Shown here one piece after another: positions 57,662 through 64,000 of a stretch of DNA of 64,000 nt. A program made the translations under genes and the position numbers. The notes beneath the pieces are model-generated. The model saw only the letters and a program-made list of their open reading frames with translations, was not told the origin of the DNA and did not search any database. How positions within the stretch are numbered: the first letter of the stretch is position 1; every line of letters starts with the position of its first letter. This DNA is from Vitrella brassicaformis CCMP3155 (lineage: Eukaryota; Protista; Chromerida). The stretch is taken from contig CDMY01000500.1 in NCBI GenBank assembly GCA_001179505.1, forward strand, positions 667 through 64,666, given 5' to 3'.

Positions 57662-60600
57662 ATGGACCGCTCCGCTTATGGTGTGCCGACCGGGAGCGCA
57701 CCCGGACTGGACGCTTCTCCCGCAGCCTCCTCGTCGATGCCAGCAGGGTTCGTCGGCTCTGGTGCCGCATCCCATGCCCCACCAGCCACCGCCGACCAGG
57801 CAGCATTCTCGCAGCCCTACAGCTGCCAGCCGTCCCGCAGCCCCCCGCCGGCCACGCCGCTGCCAGTGAATGAGTTGAGCAAGGCCGTGCCCGACGTGCC
57901 GATGCCCGTGCTGGCCAACCTCCTGGGCAGCCTCTCCCAGGCGGACCTCAAGCGGGTCATCGATGACCCATCGGTGCTGCCGTCGCTCGTGGCCAATGCC
58001 AATGCCTCCTGCTGGATGACCCCCCGGCAGCAGGCAGGATCGGCCAATCCCCCCACCATGGCCTACTCGGGGCCACTCAACTGCCCCTCGCCACACCAAT
58101 CGCCCGGATGCCCACCTCCAGGCGGGCCGTTTGGACCTTGGCCGATGGGCGGCCCTCTGGCTCCTGGGCCAGGCATGCTGGACATGAGTGTCGGTGTTCC
58201 GGGTTTTGCGTGCCTGGCGGCGACCAACCCTGAAATGCCCAACCCTGGACCATGCCCAAAGTGCGGCGATCAGGTGAGGAAGAAACACACACACAAACAC
58301 GACGGGGGAATGTGCTTGGGAGGACACAGATATCTGAGTATTGGGGCTTTGTGGTCGTGTGTTCAGTGGATTCCCTTCAAGAACGACTCCGGTGTGCTGT
58401 ATCTGTGCCGCTCTGGCGACCGTACGCACCACTACCAGTTCCCCTGCTGCGTCCGGTGCGGGGGCGACTGGGCGCTCTCCTACAAGGACGAGAACAGCTA
58501 CGAGCTGGTGTGTCTGGGCCACGAGCCCAGCGGCATCCCCCCCAGCCCCGACCACAACCTCCCCCTCCCCTCCCTCTTCTGCCAAAAGTGCGGGGGCAAG
58601 TACAAGGCCGAGTTCAAGGACGACACCTACGTGTTGCGCTGCCTCGACGACAAGTGGCGCGAGCACGACTGGTGGCGTGAGAACGACCGGTGGTGCAGAC
58701 GACGCACACACCAGAGGCACAGGAAACTCGCCGGCGCGCGCAAGTCCAACCGATCTATGACGGAGCCGCACAGCAAGTCCCTGGACCAGATGCTCGGGAG
58801 GAGCAAACATCGCGGGAGTCAGCACCATCACCAGCACCAACACAAGAACGGGGAGCCACAGCCACAGCAGCTGCCGGGCGGGCCGCTGGCCGTCGAGCAC
58901 CCGCCGCCCGTGCCGTTGTCGTTCGGTTTCAGTGCGCTCGGCAACCCGGGGGCGCCGCCTGTCCAGATGCCTCCACCAGGACCTGGACCTGGACCAGGTA
59001 TGTGCACACGAGAGGGAGAAAGGGCACCGATGCGTTTGCACGTCCTCAAGCATCGCCTTGTGCCGTCCATGTCTGTGTTCAGGGTTCGTTCTGCCCCCTT
59101 CCTTCGGAGGCGGCGCCCGCCCCTTCGAGACGCCGCCCAGCTTCTCGTACGGCGCCCCCGTCGTGGAGCCCCTCTTCTCAGCCCCATACACGCAGCCGTT
59201 CCCCCAGCGCCCCTACGCCAGCGGCCCACTCGCCTCTTTTGACGCATCTCGCAGCGCCTTCGCCGACACCACCAACGCACCACCGCCGAGCAATGCGTTC
59301 GGCAGGCGCGCCACCCTACCGGATGTGCCCAGACTCCCCCACACATCCGCCCCGCGGTTGATTAGGGAGGAGGGAGATGGCAGAGAAGGGCAGCGGGACC
59401 CCTCGGCGTCGCAGCAGCGTGAGGGGACCGATATGGGGCCTCCCTCCCTTGCTGACACGCCTCAGCTGGGGATGCTCGGCATGGGCGAGGGTGACGTGGA
59501 CTCGTTCCCACCGCCCCCTGCATCAGACATGGGCGACGGCAACCCTCTGGGCGGTCTGCCGGCCCCGGCGATAGACGTTGACTCCGGTTTCGACCTCTCG
59601 AGTGCCCGCATTGCTATCGAACACACGCCGTCGAACCTCTCCGAGCTGGATTTGTCCATGGCCATGTCGCCCGAGCAAGTGGCGTCATTCTTCGACCCAT
59701 CCAGAGGACAGTCGTGCGACCCGCCGCGTCAGACGACTGACCAGCTGTCGATGGACACCGACCAGCCTGTGGACGCGAGCACAGCGCCCAACCTGCCGGT
59801 GCCGGTCAATGTCGTCAAGAAAGAGTTGAAGGGAGACGAGATGGCCGCTGCTGCGGCTGCGGCTGCTAGTGGTGCTGGGGCGGCAGGGGGGCGGCCGCGT
59901 GACTCCGTCTACAACCAGCCCAAGCAGCTGCGCGTTGTCATGGACCTCACGGCCTACAAGTGGAACATCCAGCGCATCGGGAGCCTTCTTGGCCCGCAGC
60001 AGCAGCTGGGGACCATCATCAAGGCCCCCAGCGGCGACAACATGCGGGTCATGGCCAACACCGCCATCCAGGCGGGCGCCGGGGCCATCTGTGTGTCGTC
60101 CAATGCCGATGCAGTCGTTGTGCGGTCCCTCTCTGACACCACGCGCATCATCCGGGTGCGGCCCGCCTTTGCTGACGAGGTGGCGTGCGCTCTCCCCTAT
60201 CGCGTGGAGGAGCTGGTGGGCGACCTGGAGAACGCCCGGGAGCTGAGCCTCATTGCGCAGAGGCACCGTGCGCAGATTCCCGTGCACATCGAGATCGACT
60301 CAGGGATAGGGCGGGCGGGGTTCTTTTTGCACCAGATGGCGGACCTCAAGCAGGTGGCCAACATGGCGGGCCTGCGGGTGGTGGGGCTGGTGACGACCTT
60401 CCTGGACAGCGGGGGGCCGAGCAGCAACATGGGCGACCTGGAGAGGCTGCTACAGGCATTCCACCGGTATGCAGACCACCTCGAGAAGGAGGGGGTCATC
60501 CCCCCCAACACGCCACGCTCATGTGGGTCTGTCGCCACCGATGCCGCGCTTATCCGCCTCTTCGTCAAGGTGGGGAAGGAAGCCAAAGAATGGATCCACA

Positions 60601-61359
60601 CATTGATTCGTTTCTAGTTCACACACCGTGTGTGCGCCTCGCCTGTGTGACACATGTGTGTATCATCAGATGAAGATGAGCATCATCCGCATCGGGCGCA
60701 TCGCCTACGGCCTCAAGGAAGCCGCCGCACTCGAGCGCGTCCGGGCCGACCCCTCCCTGTCCTGGGCGGCGGAGCTGCGACCCGTCATGAGTGCACTCAC
60801 CTGGATCGTGTCCATCCGCAAGAGCCCGGCCGCCGCCACCGCCAGCCAGGCCACTGGAGCCAAGGAGGACACCATCCTGGCGACCGTGCCCGTGGGCTTC
60901 GGGCAGGGCTACCCCCGGTCGCTCTCACACCGTGGTGTGGTGCTGGTCAAGGGCCACCGGTGCCGGCTTGCGGGGGCGGTGTCGATGGACATGACCACCA
61001 TCGACGTCACGCCCATCGCATCGCAAACCAACGTGCAGGTGGGCGACGAGGTGGTGCTGTTTGGCGAGAACCTGGCCCTCGACGAGATGGCATCTGGGGG
61101 AGGGGCCGTGAGCGCCGAGGTGCTCATGTCGCTGGCGTGGCTCAACCCGGTCGAGTACATCGGCCAGGGCGACCAGGAGGAGGAGGACGGCCCGCAGCCG
61201 ACGGTCGTTAAGGTGGAGAGGGACTCGCCCAGGGGATGGGAGAACAGCGGAGGGGAGGCCGCCGCGTCGTTTCCAGCAGCCAACCAGGGCGACAGGTCCC
61301 CCCTGGTGGCGATCGGGCAGCCTGTCGATGGCGATACGAGGGGGGCGGGGCAGACATAG
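57662..61359 (+). CDS. 1139-aa fusion: Pro-rich N-terminus, three CxxCG..C..H zinc-ribbon-like repeats, low-complexity linker, bacterial-type alanine racemase-like domain
   Basis: Exons 57662-58273, 58367-58997, 59083-60569, 60670-61359 total 3420 nt. Alr motifs: VMDLTAYKWNI, IIKA, VHIEIDSGIGRAGF, IRIGRIAYG, LRPVMS, ATVPVGFGQGYPRSLS, LAGAVSMDMTTIDVT, VGDEVVLFG. Confidence 0.85.
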
Positions 61360-61919
61360 CAGCTTAGTCGTAGATTCGTTGCAGCCAGGTATGGCGTGGG
61401 TGCTTTGGGGGCAGTGAGTGCGTGAGTCACTTTTTGCTGCCTGTGGGGCGGGGTGGTGGGTCATTCTCTGCATGGTGAATTGGGGTTGCATACGGTGGGC
61501 GTGGTCGGGTGGGCCTTCACAGCACTAAACTAATGGAGACCAGACCGGCCGTATTTTTCGGTGTGTATGCGTCGATTGCATTTATCGGATCAGATCGGGT
61601 TGTGTTGGTGTGGTTGATTCATTCGTCAAGGCTCCATGTGATGTGACGGGTCAGGTCAGATGTGTGGGTGTACGTGTCTGTCGAACCAACAGCTTGACTG
61701 ACAAGGATAAGAGTGTCATCAAGAGGAACCGGATGCCGTGTACTCAGCCAGCTCACAACAGCAGTGAATCGGTGACCCAGCCATGCCCTCTAAATGCCAA
61801 GTGCTCAGAGTGCAGAGAGCTCACGTGAAAGACCTCTTATTCCGTCAACGCAGCGGAACACTCAGAGCAGCAGCCGCTACTACAAATTGACCGTCATGGA
61901 AAAAGGGACACCCATGCTG

Positions 61920-62676
61920 CAGGTCACTAGTTGGCATGTGCGATCACACGACGCGATAAAGAAGGACGTCGGGAAACGGATGGACCATGAAGCCACGCGC
62001 ACGAATTATCATCATCCCTCGCCGCCGCCCCTCTTGGAACGATGACTGATGCCATACGGAGAAGGATCAGACACACTCGGCGATGCTCTGGATCAGCAAA
62101 CACAGGCAGGAAGCGATAGCTGGGTGCACGCCCTTCCCGGTGAGTGAAGGGTTTGGTTGCTTACCCTCTGTTATCTGGCGAGGAGTGTGGTCTGACGGGT
62201 TCTGAGAAGAAGCTGCCAATCCACCGAGTAGCATCCAACACCACATCTGCACACACACACACACACACAGGCCAGACGGCAGGCACAATGGAAAAGTGCA
62301 AGAAACACCGTGAGTGAGGCTCTCTCTTCCCTCACTTGGCTCATCTATCTCGACGACGATGGGGTGCTCAGGCGTTCCCCCCTCCCTGCCAAACAGGTCC
62401 TTGACGAGGGGGTTGGGGATGATGCCCTGCTGCAGCGACTCCACCCACAGGCGCACTGATACCTGAACCCCGGCGGCATTCTCCAGTAGCTTCTCTCGAA
62501 GACCACGTGTGGGAGAGCTGCGTGAGCCTTGGCGTATTGGATCGCAGCCACGGTGAAGTCGAACAGCTTGGTGTTGTCCTTGTACGACACCGTGAAGGGA
62601 CGGACCAAGACGAACTTCTCAAGGTGCCTGCTCTTCTGCTGAACCTCCACCCACTTGCGGTGCTCCATTGCTTCAC
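61920..62676 (-). pseudogene. Frameshifted hypothetical gene of a probable lineage-specific family
   Basis: KFVLVRPFTVSYKDNTKLFDF...WRMPPG continues as QVSVRLWVESLQQGIIPNPLVKDLFGREGGTPEHPIVVEIDEP only if one G is added to a G4 run (~62470); later exons look degenerate. Confidence 0.35.
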
Positions 62677-62789
62677 TCGTTCTTGGGGGAGATCTGCTTT
62701 CCAGCGGCTGATGGGATGAGGGGGTCCAACCCTTCAGGGTGGGCTAAGCTCGCAACTCAACCGCTCTCCTTTGGCCAGGACAATCAGAG

Positions 62790-63230
62790 GGCCAGTTTTT
62801 CTGCGTTTGTCGCTCTCTGCGTCCGTCCAGGGAGAGATCTTTCCGCAGCTGAGTGCGCACTCACTCCGTTCGCAGACCCCTAGCGATGATGATGGGTCGT
62901 TCCGGCATCGTGTTGGTTGGCCTGGCTGCCCTCCTGCAGCCTCTCCTCGCCCATGGCCGACGTAAGCCGCACCACACTACACCACCAGCACCTCCACACA
63001 CCGAATGGACCTCACATCGTGGCAGATCTGTCCATATTGGTGTGGTTTTCTGCTGTTGTTGCGATATGGCCTTTGGGTAGCTGATCTATGGCTGCAGAGA
63101 TGTCGGCGGAAGCCGAAACTCTTGGGCAAGGTAGGCAGACAGCCGATCCATCCATCCATCCATCCATCCATCCATCCATCCATCCGTCGGATGTGTGTGT
63201 GTGTGTTTTGTGTGCAGGGGGGGAGATGGC
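62790..63230 (+). repeat. ~440 bp module, inverted copy of 7830-8270
   Basis: Shared gcgtttgtcgctctctgcgtcc.tcc.gggagagatctttccgcagctgagtgc...cagatctgtccatatt...ggcaaggtaggcagac. Confidence 0.9.
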
Positions 63231-63727
63231 GGCGTTTCAGCAGCAGATGTCGCTCGTGCAGCTGCAGCTGGACCACGTCGCCAGCAGCATCACCGCCGCC
63301 CACAAGATGACGGCCGCCGCCATGGGAGCCATCGACAACGCCCACCGCACCATCCTCCTTCAGATGAATGCCGCCGAAAAGGCCACTCAGCAGCCGGGTA
63401 GTGCGCAAACCGACAGACACCCAGACGGAACGACGTGCGGCCGTCTATCTGTGTGCGTGTGCAGAAAAATTGTGCGAGCTGTGTGCAAAGATGGCCAGCG
63501 ACAAGGAGGACTACTTTTGCCTGGCCAGGGAGGAGCTAGAGACGGACAAGGAGTAACAGGTGTTCGCCGTGATCGAAGACGGCGAGTGCGTCTCTGGTGA
63601 GGACGCGATCGCGACGATTGGCGCGGAGCAACTGTCTGAGATGAGGGGCGTTTGCCACCAAACCGAACAGGAGATGCATGGAGGAGAGCCGCAAATCTGG
63701 TGCGGGTTGGTGGCCAGCACGGCTTAG
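63088..63727 (+). pseudogene. Three-exon hypothetical gene with an in-frame premature TAA
   Basis: MAAEMSAEAETLGQ|GEMAAFQQQMSLVQLQLDHV...|EKLCELCAKMASDKEDYFCLAREELETDKE*QVFAVIEDGECVSGEDAIATIGAEQLSEMR...: coding-like sequence continues in frame past the TAA at 63554-63556. Confidence 0.45.
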
Positions 63728-64000
63728 ACAGAGATGTAGAAGGCAAAGGAGGGAGAGAGAGGGGGAGAGAGGGAAAGAGGGGGACACTTCTGCTGACAGC
63801 GTTAGATAGCTGAGCAGCTACACCGGGTGGTGCAGACAGACGGGCTGGCGGGACACACACATGGGGGACACGGACACACAGAGTTTTAGTGGTCATCTTG
63901 GAGTGTGTGCGTGTGTGATTTGGATTATCCCATCGGCTGTCTGTGTGTGGCTGTGGCTGCCTGTATGTGTTGTGTTGGTGGATGGACTGCCTGACTGTCT

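Noticed and set aside
57584-59191. 535-aa antisense ORF (also 9169-10197, 43800-44615 alternative frame)
   Set aside because: Shadow ORFs of GC-rich coding sequence on the other strand or frame; no recognisable motifs

Overview
Eukaryotic, GC-rich, intron-dense genomic DNA with (GT)n/(CA)n/(GACA)n/(GGAT)n microsatellites in most introns and three 300-N scaffold gaps. The style and the lineage-specific gene families strongly suggest the chromerid alga Vitrella brassicaformis (inference, no database check). Most long ORFs in the supplied track are intron read-throughs, so gene models were spliced by hand from GT/GC-AG sites. Conserved genes: YheT/ABHD alpha/beta hydrolase, an omega-like GST in three copies, transportin-1 head-to-head with eIF4G, a METTL21-type methyltransferase, and Pol III subunit C17/RPC9. 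Unusual genes: (i) a secreted protein whose C-terminus can be spliced from six 6-33 nt in-frame microexons into a tail with 31 Tyr in 39 residues; (ii) a giant ankyrin-repeat plus multi-TM protein resembling gustatory-receptor-like (7TMIC/DUF3537) channels; (iii) a PH-ankyrin-FYVE protein ending in an R-SNARE motif; (iv) a triple Cys/His zinc-ribbon protein fused to a degenerate bacterial-type alanine racemase. The left end and far right contain lineage-specific family members, pseudogenes and reused ~400 bp intergenic modules. No rRNA, tRNA or CRISPR array was seen.
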